The translations under genes and the position numbers were made by a program. Shown here piece after piece: positions 19,092 through 29,503 of a DNA stretch of 64,000 bases (within the stretch, counting starts at the first letter, position 1; each line of letters starts with the position of its first letter). The stretch is taken from sequence record OK040170.1, one strand, 5' to 3'. The notes beneath the pieces are model-generated. The model ran no database searches. It saw only the letters and a program-made list of their open reading frames with translations, and was not told the origin of the DNA.

Positions 19092-21320
19092 ATGTCCGCT
19101 AATATTCAGAACCCATTTAATCGTCCTGCGTCACACTACACGCGTAACATCGATGTCATTACGGGTTACATCGAACAGAATACTTTACTCCTCCATAAGT
19201 CAACCGGACTTCCGATGGATGAGTGTGAAGCTTTCGTAAGAGAAGAACTCTTCGAAGGCCCGAATAAAATGAAGGATCCTGAGTTCCTGTTATTGGAAAG
19301 GGACGACGAGCTCGATCAGCATCCTAAAGCTGTGAAGTTTACTCAGTACATCAGTACAGTGACTTCAAACGGCTGGTTACTGGCACCTACCTTCACTACG
19401 GTACTGCCACCGCACATCAAACAGTCTCTGCTTTCTGAATACATCAAAGGAAACTTGAGCAAACGTTCCGCTGAGAAGCACTTGATGTTTGAAGCCGAGC
19501 GTAAAGGTAATGGTTTTAAAGCTACGTTCCACAAGAACAACCAGAACAACAAAAAGATCCTGAACAACGCCATCTCTGGTAACCACCGTTCTGAGCACAG
19601 CCCGTTACATGACCGTAGTACTCACCCAGTGTTGACTTCGTGCTGTCGTATTGCTAACGGTAGTGCTAACTCCAACGATGATCGGTTGTTGTCCGGTAAC
19701 CGTCACTATTGGAAGCCTGAAGTTGTACTGAACAATATCAGTAGTATCCTCAGCCTGAGCAATTGGGACGAAGTGGAAGAAGCGGTAGTGAAACATAACC
19801 TCCATATCCCGACAGTGGATGAAGTTATGGAAGTTATCCGTTGGGGTAGTGACCTTTATTGGGGTCGCGGTAACCCTGACTCACCGGCTCACCGTACAAT
19901 CCGTAAGTACGTAGAAGGTTGCACGGATATCGAGCGTGCAGGTATTGTTTATACCGGCGACCTTTACCACTTACGTAAATACAACGAACCGTTAGTACGT
20001 GACTTCATCTCTGGTTTGGTTACTCCAGCTACTGAGATTGATCCTGATCATGAAGCGTGGCTGAAACACGTAGATGATGACACCATCGCACAGATGAAAG
20101 TTATGTTCCCACACATTCTCTTGGAAGAGGATCTTTGGGATGACTACGAGGAAGTGAGTCAACGTGAAGGCTTTGGTCTGATGGGCACAACGTGCAAACA
20201 GATCTACCAGAAGCTGGACAAGTATAAGGAGATCATCAACGTCTTCTTCATGTCTAAGAACATCCCGTTCCTGACTTGTGACTTCCCTCACTCCATCCGT
20301 CGTAGTGGTGTAGGTTCAGATACAGACTCCGCAATCTTTACGGTGCAGGATTGGGTACAATGGTACTCTGGTCACAACCGAGTGAACCATGAGAACATCA
20401 TCATAGCCGAATCTATGGGCTTCATTGTATCTCAAACCACAACACACAACCTGGCTAGCTTGGCGGGTAACATGGGTGTTGTAGAACCTAAAGAAGTATT
20501 CCGTCTCTCAATGAAGAACGAATACCTGTTCCCTATCTTTACTCTTACGTCTCGTGCTAAGCACTACTTTGCTAACATGGCGGTACAAGAGGGGGTAATC
20601 TTTAAGAAGTATAAACGTGAGAAGAAAGGTGTGGAGTTAATCGCATCTAACTCACCGGCCGGGGTACGCGCTGACCTTGATAGAATCATCGAGGAAATCA
20701 CTGACCTGGCTACGGAAGATAAAAAGATTAACCTCGCTCGTTACTTACGCTGGGTAGCTCGCTGGGAATACACCATTTACGATTCTATTCGTAACGGTGA
20801 AGTAACTTACCTGAAAGCTGCTCGTGTAAAAGAGGAAGATGGTTACGAAGGTGAAAACACCCCTTACCTGAACTATGAGTTGTGGCAGGAAGTGTTCGCA
20901 CCTAAGTATGGCTTGATCGAACCACCTCCGTACTCTGCCTTGGCGTTTAGCATTATTCATGACACCAAGAAGAAAACGGATAACTGGTTGAATACGTGGG
21001 AAGATCAGGAGATGGCTGGGCGCTTCCGTAAATGGTTAGCGTCTAAAGGGAAGAGTTACGTTGGTCGTATGTTGCTGCCTGAGAGTATCATTATCTCCAT
21101 GGGTATTCCATCAGAGATTCTGGATGCAATCGACGTTCGCAAGATTATCGGTTCAGCAATGAGCCCGATGTACCTGGTCTTAGAGAGCCTGGACTACTAT
21201 CTGTTTGACAGTAACCAGACTCGTCTTATCTTTGACCACATCGACCGTGACGTAGCCTTTATGGACGTAGACCAAGTGGACTCAGCACTTCGGACTCAAG
21301 TAGCTGAAGAGTTCGATTAA
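19092..21320 (+). CDS. family B DNA polymerase, polymerase-domain subunit (phiKZ gp50-like)
   Basis: Motif B variant QNNKKILNNAISG and motif C variant GSDTDSAIF; no exonuclease motifs recognised, consistent with a split polymerase. Confidence 0.82.
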   Translation: MSANIQNPFNRPASHYTRNIDVITGYIEQNTLLLHKSTGLPMDECEAFVREELFEGPNKMKDPEFLLLERDDELDQHPKAVKFTQYISTVTSNGWLLAPTFTTVLPPHIKQSLLSEYIKGNLSKRSAEKHLMFEAERKGNGFKATFHKNNQNNKKILNNAISGNHRSEHSPLHDRSTHPVLTSCCRIANGSANSNDDRLLSGNRHYWKPEVVLNNISSILSLSNWDEVEEAVVKHNLHIPTVDEVMEVIRWGSDLYWGRGNPDSPAHRTIRKYVEGCTDIERAGIVYTGDLYHLRKYNEPLVRDFISGLVTPATEIDPDHEAWLKHVDDDTIAQMKVMFPHILLEEDLWDDYEEVSQREGFGLMGTTCKQIYQKLDKYKEIINVFFMSKNIPFLTCDFPHSIRRSGVGSDTDSAIFTVQDWVQWYSGHNRVNHENIIIAESMGFIVSQTTTHNLASLAGNMGVVEPKEVFRLSMKNEYLFPIFTLTSRAKHYFANMAVQEGVIFKKYKREKKGVELIASNSPAGVRADLDRIIEEITDLATEDKKINLARYLRWVARWEYTIYDSIRNGEVTYLKAARVKEEDGYEGENTPYLNYELWQEVFAPKYGLIEPPPYSALAFSIIHDTKKKTDNWLNTWEDQEMAGRFRKWLASKGKSYVGRMLLPESIIISMGIPSEILDAIDVRKIIGSAMSPMYLVLESLDYYLFDSNQTRLIFDHIDRDVAFMDVDQVDSALRTQVAEEFD

Positions 21321-22356
21321 CGTCTACTCCGGTAATCCCATTGAAGTAGTTACCGTTCTTTAACCGATTGAAATAGCGATCAAGGTATTGAGCAACGCGG
21401 GTATTGTTCTGCGTCTTAGTCTCTTTACCTGCCCAGGCAAGGAATGCCAGGTATCGCATATAAGCCAAGGTATAAATACCTAGGTTCTGTCGGTTGAAGA
21501 ACGTATCCGGGATTCGCAGTTTATCTGCGAGGTTATCCAGGAAGATCAGAGGGATCTGAGCTGGCAAAGTAAGGAAGTCTTTGTTGGCTGTACGTAACCG
21601 ATTGATCAAGTCGGCAATAACTGAATCTGCAGGTGTGTTTAAATCCACGGAGGCCAGCCCAATTCGTTTGGGTTGGCTTACCATGGGTTTATGCTCCCAT
21701 CTCGCTGCCAGACGGTTAAAGAAGCAGGTATCGATATCGCTACTGATCATGTTCACCAATGGATATTGATAAACGAACTGAGTAACTAGCGGTTTGACTT
21801 CGCTATATGCCTGGACATTAGCTTTCCATTTAACGAACTGGAGAGCAAGTAAACCGATGTCCAATTCTAGGAAAGCACCAGCCTTACCGATCGGATAATC
21901 TTCTCCGTTACGAGTCTGCATGGTCAAGTCAGTAAATGGATGAGATATTACCTTAATAGGTTCCAAGTCCATCCAGATGTCTGTCACGTCCAAATTGGTT
22001 GGGTAGCGACGCTTGACGCAGATAATGAATTCGCGAACGCTTTTAGGGAAGAAAGAGTTCTTACTCAGCGCACCGGACAGTTGAACCTCATTGTTCAGCC
22101 CAAGTGCACGGATGATCTTATCAGCCTGGGTGTTAACACGGTAATAAAAGTCTTCATCATTACCTAGGTACTGGACGGCTACGTGCTGAAGAACCTGAAC
22201 CAGGATATGGTCTGACTCCACCGCGTGTACAGATTTACGGTACCAGTATTTGGTACGAACCAAATTCGATTGAGCATTGTTCCTGAGGAGATTCATGGCG
22301 CCAGGTGTATAATCTCTGACGTTATCTGTCCTTAGGTCTTTGAATATTTCGATCAT
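21259..22356 (-). CDS. conserved phiKZ-family protein (gp52-like, probably virion)
   Basis: 365 aa, GAGGT SD and TATG upstream; lies between the polymerase and chimallin genes. Confidence 0.6.
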   Translation of the reverse strand: MIEIFKDLRTDNVRDYTPGAMNLLRNNAQSNLVRTKYWYRKSVHAVESDHILVQVLQHVAVQYLGNDEDFYYRVNTQADKIIRALGLNNEVQLSGALSKNSFFPKSVREFIICVKRRYPTNLDVTDIWMDLEPIKVISHPFTDLTMQTRNGEDYPIGKAGAFLELDIGLLALQFVKWKANVQAYSEVKPLVTQFVYQYPLVNMISSDIDTCFFNRLAARWEHKPMVSQPKRIGLASVDLNTPADSVIADLINRLRTANKDFLTLPAQIPLIFLDNLADKLRIPDTFFNRQNLGIYTLAYMRYLAFLAWAGKETKTQNNTRVAQYLDRYFNRLKNGNYFNGITGVDVNRTLQLLESEVLSPLGLRP

Positions 22357-22388
22357 CGTTTACCTCATGGGTAAAGGGTTAGGTAATT

Positions 22389-22413
22389 TTTTACATACGA
22401 TCCATTAGATATG
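22389..22413. promoter_or_regulatory. TTTTAC-N15-TATG promoter-like element, possibly bidirectional
   Basis: On + it points to chimallin; on - it reads TATGTAAAAA toward the 22356 gene. Confidence 0.5.
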
Positions 22414-22540
22414 TAAAAGTAACTATTCCGATTGGAATTGTTGCTAGGTACGTATAATCTATTATATGTACAAACTATTCTTGGGTGCCTCGGGGTGCTC
22501 AGGTCGTACTATAGGCTATATAGCCGAAATGAAACTTTTT

Positions 22541-22563
22541 TCACGTCTATATTCCTACTATGA
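22541..22563 (+). promoter_or_regulatory. early-type promoter variant (TCACGTCTATATTCC) of chimallin
   Basis: Matches the TCACGTATATATTAC consensus with two changes. Confidence 0.6.
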
Positions 22564-22644
22564 AGATAAACAAAGATGTTTGTTCTTCAACTAATTACTT
22601 TCATTGCAATGAAACAATAAACAATGCTTTTAAGGAGCAAAACA

Positions 22645-24477
22645 ATGAGTCTGTCTGACCAAAACGTTAACGAAGCTAAAAACACCCAACGCGCTGCAGC
22701 TGCACAGGGTCAACAACCTCGCGAACAAGCAGGCCGTCGTCTGAACACCAACATCTTCGAAAGCGGCCAACTGGTACAAGCCGGCGTTTCCGGTAACGAA
22801 CTGACCACTTTCATCGAGCGCTTCAACGCTTATCACGACGCAAACAAAGCTGCTCTGTCTGCCGGCGGTCAACTGACCTGGGCCGTAATCCCAGCATCTT
22901 CTGGCGAAACCAAAATGAAGCTGGATGCAGCTGTCGTTGTCGGTAAAGCCACTACCTCCGAAGGCGTGATCACCACTGCACTGACTCTGCTGTTCACCGG
23001 CGGCCAGCCTCTGCCGAAGCAAGTCGTAGAGATCAGCAACCGTAACGAGCGTCAGTACTCTGCCGTCGCGAACGATCAGTTCACCGAAGCGTATCAGAAA
23101 AAGCTGACCGAAATCATCAACCGCAAAGCGCCTTACATGGGCGAAGCTGAAAACATCGTTCTGATGGGCGCCGTGGCAGTAACCAACGCGCAACTGAGCG
23201 AAGCGAAGTGTGAAGACCTGATCATCTCCGCGGTGAACTCCGTCTTCGGTTACCTGGGCAACATGCTGCGTACCGAACACTTCTCTCTGACCGATGCGAT
23301 CGACTCTCAGCGCAGCGAGTTCGTTTCTCGCGTGATCTACAATCAGGGCGATGCCCATGACGAAATCACCGAGCGTCCTCGTCGTCGCGATCTGGCCGTC
23401 GAAGTATCTCTGGCAACCAAAGGTCAGCGTAACCGTGTGTCTAACGCACTGGAAAACGCTGAAGGCGCAATGGACATCGCAACCATCGAAGGTTACGTTG
23501 ATCTGCTGTTCCTGGGTCGTCCGGATGGTCAGCAACGTCGTTCTCGCTACCGTTCTCAGCGTGAAGAAGACGCAGCGCGTCAGATCTACGGTAAAAACCT
23601 GGTCATCACCCACATGAAGCACGAAGCTTCTCCTGAGCACCTGTGCCTGGCACTGGCCCAGATCCCTGTACTGATCAACGAAAACGTTCTGACCACTGGC
23701 CTGAAGCCAGCCGGCGACAACGCGAAACTGCGTACTCCGGTTGCTCTGACCTACGAGCTGGACGAAGAGTTCGAAGCAGTGCCGGACGTTCTGGACGATG
23801 CAGAGTGGGCTGACCTGACCGACGTAGTGATCCAACCGGATCAGAACTTCGTAACCGTACTGATCGACGAAACCGGCATCACCACCCAACAGCAGAAACT
23901 GCTGCTGCAAGCGACCGACCGCATGAACCCGAACCGTGACCTGTTCGCAGACATGCTGGTACAAGCGGCTGATAACCTGACCAAAGGCGCCTTCATGGAA
24001 AGCCTGGGCGCAGCGCGTATCAACCCGCTGGATATCGGCGAACGTCAAGACCGTATCGTCCTGCTGGGCGAATGGACTGACGACCGTGGCCAAATCCGTT
24101 CTCTGACCGAAATCGACTACTACGCGATCCTGACTGCCTTCGGCCAGAAAGATCGTCGCATCGTAGAAGACTGGGATCGTTGCCAGAACGATGTAAGCCT
24201 GCCGATCGAAATCCGTCTGGCGAAAATGGAAGAGATCATCGACCAATTCACCGGCGGTTCCTACCGCATCACCGGTCACGGTGTTCCAGTACTGGTTAAC
24301 ACCCAGTGGCTGTTCACTCTGACCAACGCCGCAGAGCGCGCTGGTATGGTTACTCAGGCTGACGGTATCTATCAGGATACTCGTTTCCGTCGTGGTTTCC
24401 AATCTCAGTACGCTACTTCCGGTTACGCCGGCAAAGCGTTCCGTATGCGTGGTACTGGTCGCAACGATTACTTCTAA
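22645..24477 (+). CDS. chmA: chimallin, phage nuclear shell protein
   Basis: About 610 aa with extreme codon bias, AAGGAG SD before ATG 22645, low-complexity N-terminal arm; sits immediately upstream of the nvRNAP beta' N-terminal gene, the conserved chimallin position. Confidence 0.8.
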   Translation: MSLSDQNVNEAKNTQRAAAAQGQQPREQAGRRLNTNIFESGQLVQAGVSGNELTTFIERFNAYHDANKAALSAGGQLTWAVIPASSGETKMKLDAAVVVGKATTSEGVITTALTLLFTGGQPLPKQVVEISNRNERQYSAVANDQFTEAYQKKLTEIINRKAPYMGEAENIVLMGAVAVTNAQLSEAKCEDLIISAVNSVFGYLGNMLRTEHFSLTDAIDSQRSEFVSRVIYNQGDAHDEITERPRRRDLAVEVSLATKGQRNRVSNALENAEGAMDIATIEGYVDLLFLGRPDGQQRRSRYRSQREEDAARQIYGKNLVITHMKHEASPEHLCLALAQIPVLINENVLTTGLKPAGDNAKLRTPVALTYELDEEFEAVPDVLDDAEWADLTDVVIQPDQNFVTVLIDETGITTQQQKLLLQATDRMNPNRDLFADMLVQAADNLTKGAFMESLGAARINPLDIGERQDRIVLLGEWTDDRGQIRSLTEIDYYAILTAFGQKDRRIVEDWDRCQNDVSLPIEIRLAKMEEIIDQFTGGSYRITGHGVPVLVNTQWLFTLTNAAERAGMVTQADGIYQDTRFRRGFQSQYATSGYAGKAFRMRGTGRNDYF

Positions 24478-24517
24478 GTAATAGTTCGGAAGTAATTGAA
24501 GTACTCCCGTAAGGGTG

Positions 24518-24549
24518 AGAAAGGGGGCGTTTGCCTCCTTTCTTTTTTT
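24518..24549 (+). terminator. intrinsic terminator
   Basis: AGAAAGGGGGC-gttt-GCCTCCTTTCT plus T-run. Confidence 0.8.
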
Positions 24550-24578
24550 CTATCTTTTCAGAAAAGAGGGGAAAGTAA

Positions 24579-25856
24579 TTGGGTGTTTATCTGTTAAATC
24601 CGGACTATGACAGGGATATCGCAGCTCTGCCTCGTCCTCCAATTATCCTCAATGATATCGACCCGGCGCATTATGAAGGTACTGATCCAGTCAAAGAACT
24701 GACCATGACCGAATATAGCGACGACTTCATTGAGACATTACCGGCGTGTGAGTGTGGCCACACCCATGGTCGGTATAATTCATCGAACGACCCAAGTATC
24801 CCTAACACGGTATGTCCGAAATGTCAGACTGAAGTGATGAGCCCAATCGATCGAGGGTTTAAATCTTCTGTGTGGCTGAGAGCACCTAACGGTGTTCGTG
24901 CGTTCATCCGTATCAATGCGTTGGTCATGTTGCTGAAGAACTTCACCCAGGAGAACTTCTCGGCAATTGAATGGCTCTGTAACACCAAATATAAGCCAAC
25001 CAACGATACCAGTGCCACGTTCCGTCGGTTCAAAGAACTGAACATCCCTCGTGGTTATAATCACTTTATCGAGAACTTCGATGACATCCTGGGCGCGATG
25101 GTAGATAGTAAGATATTCAAGCCATCTGCTAACCGTAACGATGCGTTGGTGTATTTTGATAAGTTCAGGGATCTCCTGTTCCCAACCGTCCTCCCGCTGC
25201 CATCTCGCCGGTCTATCATCACGGAGCTTAGTAACAAAACTCGCTTCTGTGCTGAAGGCTATGCAGATGTCGTCGATGCTGCACGAGCTATTTATAGCTT
25301 GGTCGGTAAAGATGAACCGCGTTATCAAGTGACTAAGGAATATCACGTATTCCGAGCACTGATGATGTTGGTGAAGTATCGGGAATATATCGACAAGAAC
25401 ATCCTGGGTAAGAAAGAAGGCTGGTTCCGTAAACAGATCTATGGATCTCGTACCGGGCCAACTTATCGTGGCGTAGTAACGTCTATCGCGGGATCTCACG
25501 ACTATGAAGAAATGCATATGCCGTGGGGGATTGCGTTAGGGGTTTATCACACCCACTTGATCGGAAAGTTAGTTCGTCGCGGATTCACCATCCAAGACTC
25601 TGAGGATCTACTGATCTCTTCAGTAGGGCGTTATAATCCGCTGATCTCCACTCTGCTGGATGAGCTGATTGACGAATCTCCGTTTACGACAATTAGTGGT
25701 AAACGTGGACTGCCTCAGTTGCTGGGTCGAAATCCAACGTTGAACTTACGTTCGATTCAGAACCTGTTTGTCACCAAAATCAAAAGGGACGTGCACGACA
25801 ATACTATCGGCCTATCGCTGCTAGTGCTGAAGGCTCCGAACTGTGACTTCGACGGT
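24579..25856 (+). CDS. non-virion RNA polymerase beta' N-terminal subunit (phiKZ gp55-like), exon 1
   Basis: Zn-binding CECG...CPKC, RKQIYGSR, GRNPTL and NCDFDG; the catalytic motif is cut after Gly. Confidence 0.88.
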
Positions 25857-26152
25857 AGAAGTAACCCAACTAAGTTGCCGTCTTAAAACTCCTTTAACTG
25901 CTGGGAACTCTTGCTAGGTAGATTGGCTACAACGTAACTGGAAACGGTAAGCGTGAATGCTTGAAAACAATCTAATAGAGACAATCAGCATCCAAGCTCC
26001 TGTAAAATGGAGAAGGTTCAACGACTATCGAAAGCACGTAACACGGATGTGGTAAACGTAGTGAGTAGAGTAGGGGAAACCCGAAACGGGGAGCACTTGA
26101 ACGATTCAAGTGAAGATATAGTCTGTTAAGTACTCGGTGCATTTAGCCGAGG
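25857..26152 (+). mobile_element. group I intron (phage IA2-like), 296 nt, no endonuclease ORF
   Basis: P AACTGCTGGGAA (25896), Q AATCAGCA (25983), R TTCAACGACTAT (26017), S AAGATATAGTCT (26113); P1 GACGGT/GCCGTC with U-G at the 5' site; P9 CTCGG/CCGAG then terminal G26152. Confidence 0.9.
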
Positions 26153-26326
26153 GACATGTTGGGCGGGATGCCTATCCTGAGTAAGGCGGATTATCATCGT
26201 GTGCGCAAATTAGCTCCTCACACGGGTACATTCGATCTGAACAAACCGCACGCCTTGAACAACAATATGGCGTTGGGTGCTCCGGTAAGGGCTACGATAA
26301 ACAACTACCTTCACAGGAGGAAGTAA
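26153..26326 (+). CDS. nvRNAP beta' N-terminal subunit, exon 2 (57 aa, gp56.1-like)
   Basis: DMLGGMPILSKADYHRVRKLAPH...NNYLHRRK*; splicing restores NCDFDGD and gives a 483-aa protein. Not in the ORF track. Confidence 0.85.
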   Translation, partial: DMLGGMPILSKADYHRVRKLAPHTGTFDLNKPHALNNNMALGAPVRATINNYLHRRK

Positions 26327-26947
26327 TTGAAAATTTCTATAGTTAGCGGAGACGAGCGATCGTTCCGAGCGGCTGCGTTCGGGATGCCTGATCGTGACTC
26401 CGTAGAGCGGACATATTCTCGTCTGGAAGAATTCAGTCGTGGGTTGTCTTCTCGGGCAAGGGAAGGTCTGGAACGTACTCGTGGGTTGATTGAATCCATG
26501 TATGATGATACGGTGCGTAACTCGCTGCGTATTCTGGGCCGGGTTAAACGCGGGCTGTTCCGTGATGACGTTATCCAGTTCTTGGATGATCAGACGGAAA
26601 TTGCCACAGCACCGATGACCATGCGTCGTTGGATTCTGGCGCACCCATTCATCCGTAGTCGTTATGATACCCAATCCATTGATGCTTGGGGTAGTAAACC
26701 CGGTCAGTGGGATCTGGAAGGTAAAGGCTATGAAGATCTCTTCTATCGTGCAGCGACCAATGGTCTGGCAACGAAGAACGAGAAAGGTGAATGGTGGAGC
26801 GAATATACGTTTGGCGGTTGTTCTGTTCCTGGTGCGGGTACTATCTCTCTGGAAGAGCAGATGGATATCCTGGCTACCTGGGATATTATTGACGACTGCA
26901 TCGCAGACGGAATCGATCCGACTTCAGTAATGAAAGAGCGTCTTTAA
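26327..26947 (+). CDS. conserved hypothetical protein (206 aa)
   Basis: TTG start right after exon 2, AGGAGG SD. Confidence 0.75.
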   Translation: MKISIVSGDERSFRAAAFGMPDRDSVERTYSRLEEFSRGLSSRAREGLERTRGLIESMYDDTVRNSLRILGRVKRGLFRDDVIQFLDDQTEIATAPMTMRRWILAHPFIRSRYDTQSIDAWGSKPGQWDLEGKGYEDLFYRAATNGLATKNEKGEWWSEYTFGGCSVPGAGTISLEEQMDILATWDIIDDCIADGIDPTSVMKERL

Positions 26948-27029
26948 TAGACGAAGAAGAGGGGCGTTTGCTCCTCTTCTTTTTTTGTTCGAATTCTATG
27001 GACAAGTAATCATTCATTAGGAGTTCTAG

Positions 27030-27425
27030 ATGGCAACTGTACATGCCTCTTTAAACGGGTACGGTTACACCAAAGACCCAACTATCATTGCCGATGAGTT
27101 ATTCGGCGAGAGCATCTATAGCAGGCGCTCTCAGACCGAGATCTACTTCGGGAAGATTGTCTCCTTGGACGACATAATTCGACAATTCAGCGATCGACCT
27201 ACTGAGCTTTGTAAGGAGTTGGAAGATCAATACACCGAGTTGTTTGGTCGTCACTTTGTAGACGTACGGGTTCAGGCTACTTCTGAGGAGCCTGAAGGTA
27301 AAGACACTTTCAACGTAGTGTTAAAAATTAGATATCTGCGAGATGGTATACGGTACGACTTCGCGCGTGTCATCGAGCACTACGATGGCGTCGTTAAAGA
27401 GATTACAAGGATACTTGACAAATGA
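27030..27425 (+). CDS. conserved hypothetical protein (131 aa)
   Basis: AGGAG SD; core block position. Confidence 0.75.
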   Translation: MATVHASLNGYGYTKDPTIIADELFGESIYSRRSQTEIYFGKIVSLDDIIRQFSDRPTELCKELEDQYTELFGRHFVDVRVQATSEEPEGKDTFNVVLKIRYLRDGIRYDFARVIEHYDGVVKEITRILDK

Positions 27426-27985
27426 CCGATCTCACCCCTCCAATTCCTCAGGAAGATACCAGCTTCCTGGATGCGATCTTAGACTGGAGCGAAGCCTCCA
27501 TCGGATCCATCGATAAAGAAACCTTTGCCCGTACCTGGCTACCTGCCTTGACCAGCGAAGATAAAGTTATTCGTGAAAACGCCTGGCGTGCCTGGGAAGC
27601 TGACGTTGCTAAAAGCTTCTCCTTGCCGGTCTATGTTACCGAGGATGGCGAACGTAAGTGGTTAGTTCCCCCTGTCATTGGTACCATTAACTCGGGTTAC
27701 ACTGCCAACCCGATGTCAGTAAATACTCAGAACCAGATGGTAGCAACTATGCGTAACCGTCTACTCGCCAACGGCGACATTGCCCAGGACAAAATGTTCG
27801 AGGGTATCGCCAATGCAGATGGCACTGCCGCAGATATCAATAAGTTCTATCAGCTGAACTGGTTTGTTATTCTCCGTGACTTCGGTCACCTGAAAGATGA
27901 ATCTGGAAAGGCGGTTGCTGCTACTAATGTAGACGCGGCTAATGGTAGTGATGATGTCTACGAAGAAGGCGAGTATGATTTCTGA
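27422..27985 (+). CDS. conserved hypothetical protein (187 aa)
   Basis: ATGA overlap; acidic tail. Confidence 0.75.
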   Translation: MTDLTPPIPQEDTSFLDAILDWSEASIGSIDKETFARTWLPALTSEDKVIRENAWRAWEADVAKSFSLPVYVTEDGERKWLVPPVIGTINSGYTANPMSVNTQNQMVATMRNRLLANGDIAQDKMFEGIANADGTAADINKFYQLNWFVILRDFGHLKDESGKAVAATNVDAANGSDDVYEEGEYDF

Positions 27986-29099
27986 CGAAAAAGGCCTGCG
28001 TATTGGGCTCGTCAGTGATGTTCACTTTTTCCATAAACGGACTCGGTCGCCACGTATGTTGGCGGCCATCCGTCGTCTATTTCCGGATAATGACGAAACG
28101 GGAGAATTAGACATCATTGCGATTACCGGTGACTGGACAGATCACCTGGTATCGTTAGATGATCCCGATGTATATTTCGCCCAGGAAGCGGCGATTTACT
28201 TGATGCGCCTCTGCGCCAAACGGGACATTGATCTTATCGTCCTGGAAGGTACCAAATCTCATGACCGAAACCAAAACATCATGTTCGACAAATTGAACAA
28301 GATACTGGAATTAGGTTGTAACGTTATCTACCGAGACACGCTGTGTATTGAGTATCTGGAAAAGCACGGGATTAACATTCTGTTCTTACCTGATGAATGG
28401 TCGCCTAATGCTGAGGTTACTCTGCAACAGGCCAAAGACTTGATTCACTCTCGTGGCTTGGCAAAAGTTGACTTTGTCTTTATGCATGGCGGATTCACTT
28501 ACCAATTACCCGGCATCCCATCTCCAGCGTTGCACGACGCAGTAGCATGGAGTGAGTTAGTTGAGTATGCGGTATTTAGTGGGCACATCCACACTCACTC
28601 TCGTTATCTTAACGTCATGTCTGTAGGCTCTCTGGAGCGCCTTGGGCACGGCGAAGAAGAAAGCAAGGGCGTAGTCTACATGACCTATGCAAATGGGCGT
28701 GAGGCTGACTATGTGCGTAAATTCAACCATGATGCTAGGATTTACCGTACTCTTGATGTTCAGGGTATGGAGATCAATGACGTCTTACAGATTATCGATT
28801 CAGAGGGGCCGTGGGAACCCGGTTCTGCGATTCGTCTTCTGTTCGATCCTGAAGATCCTAAGATGGCTATAATGGAGGCGGTAAAAGCAATATACGGAGA
28901 TATTGAGTTTACTGAGAAAGTCAACGGTAAGAAGTTAAAAACAATGCATCGTGGTACTGCGTTTGTCCAGCAGAAATACGTAGCTACGCCGATTACTCGT
29001 GCAAACGTATCTTCTCTTTTAGAGAAACGTTGGTCTGATCGCGGTACTGATTCAGCAACCATCGAAGAACATCTTGATTTGGTAAGGGGACTTTTGTGA
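27975..29099 (+). CDS. SbcD/Mre11-like metallophosphoesterase nuclease
   Basis: SDVH, GDWTD, GTKSHD, MHG and GHIH calcineurin-like motifs; start set at ATG 27975. Confidence 0.85.
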   Translation: MISDEKGLRIGLVSDVHFFHKRTRSPRMLAAIRRLFPDNDETGELDIIAITGDWTDHLVSLDDPDVYFAQEAAIYLMRLCAKRDIDLIVLEGTKSHDRNQNIMFDKLNKILELGCNVIYRDTLCIEYLEKHGINILFLPDEWSPNAEVTLQQAKDLIHSRGLAKVDFVFMHGGFTYQLPGIPSPALHDAVAWSELVEYAVFSGHIHTHSRYLNVMSVGSLERLGHGEEESKGVVYMTYANGREADYVRKFNHDARIYRTLDVQGMEINDVLQIIDSEGPWEPGSAIRLLFDPEDPKMAIMEAVKAIYGDIEFTEKVNGKKLKTMHRGTAFVQQKYVATPITRANVSSLLEKRWSDRGTDSATIEEHLDLVRGLL

Positions 29100-29500
29100 A
29101 GGCAATTGTTAGAAACTCAATGGAGGTCACCGTAGACAATACGGTGCCTTATATCCTACTTTTGGTTTTGTCGCCTGTATTGGGACTTATCGCTAAGGTA
29201 ACGTTCTGGTCGTTTTACGGCGGCTCCAGTATTTTGATCTTCGGGGCAGGTGTTGGGTTAATCGTTCACTGGTGTTCGTGGGTGATGACTAACACTACTG
29301 AGAACGATGGTATCCCTGGCTGGTTAGCTGGGGTAATGTCTTACCTGGCTGTCAGTATCGGTTTTGTTCTGATCAACTGGGGACTCCACCTTATCGACTA
29401 CAGAGTACGAGTTGATACAGCTAACGCATCTATCGTCTGTCTGTTAGCGGCATCTGCCGTACCGTTGATTCGCTTATGGTTCGATAAACGAAAAGGGTAA
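29096..29500 (+). CDS. membrane protein (about 4 TM segments)
   Basis: Four hydrophobic stretches; GTG start overlapping the previous stop. Confidence 0.7.
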   Translation: MKAIVRNSMEVTVDNTVPYILLLVLSPVLGLIAKVTFWSFYGGSSILIFGAGVGLIVHWCSWVMTNTTENDGIPGWLAGVMSYLAVSIGFVLINWGLHLIDYRVRVDTANASIVCLLAASAVPLIRLWFDKRKG

Positions 29501-29503
29501 GTT

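Noticed and set aside
22630-24402. 590-aa antisense ORF over chimallin; similar ones at 31253-32338, 34428-35705 and 36646-37581
   Set aside because: Shadow frames produced by the strong codon bias of the sense genes; no SD or recognisable protein motifs.
25857-25886. nvRNAP gene as a truncated pseudogene or frameshift
   Set aside because: Full group I core motifs and in-frame restoration of DFDGD explain the break.
26210-26674. Minus-strand ORF as an intron-encoded endonuclease
   Set aside because: It lies outside the intron, antisense to exon 2 and the next gene, and has no nuclease motif.
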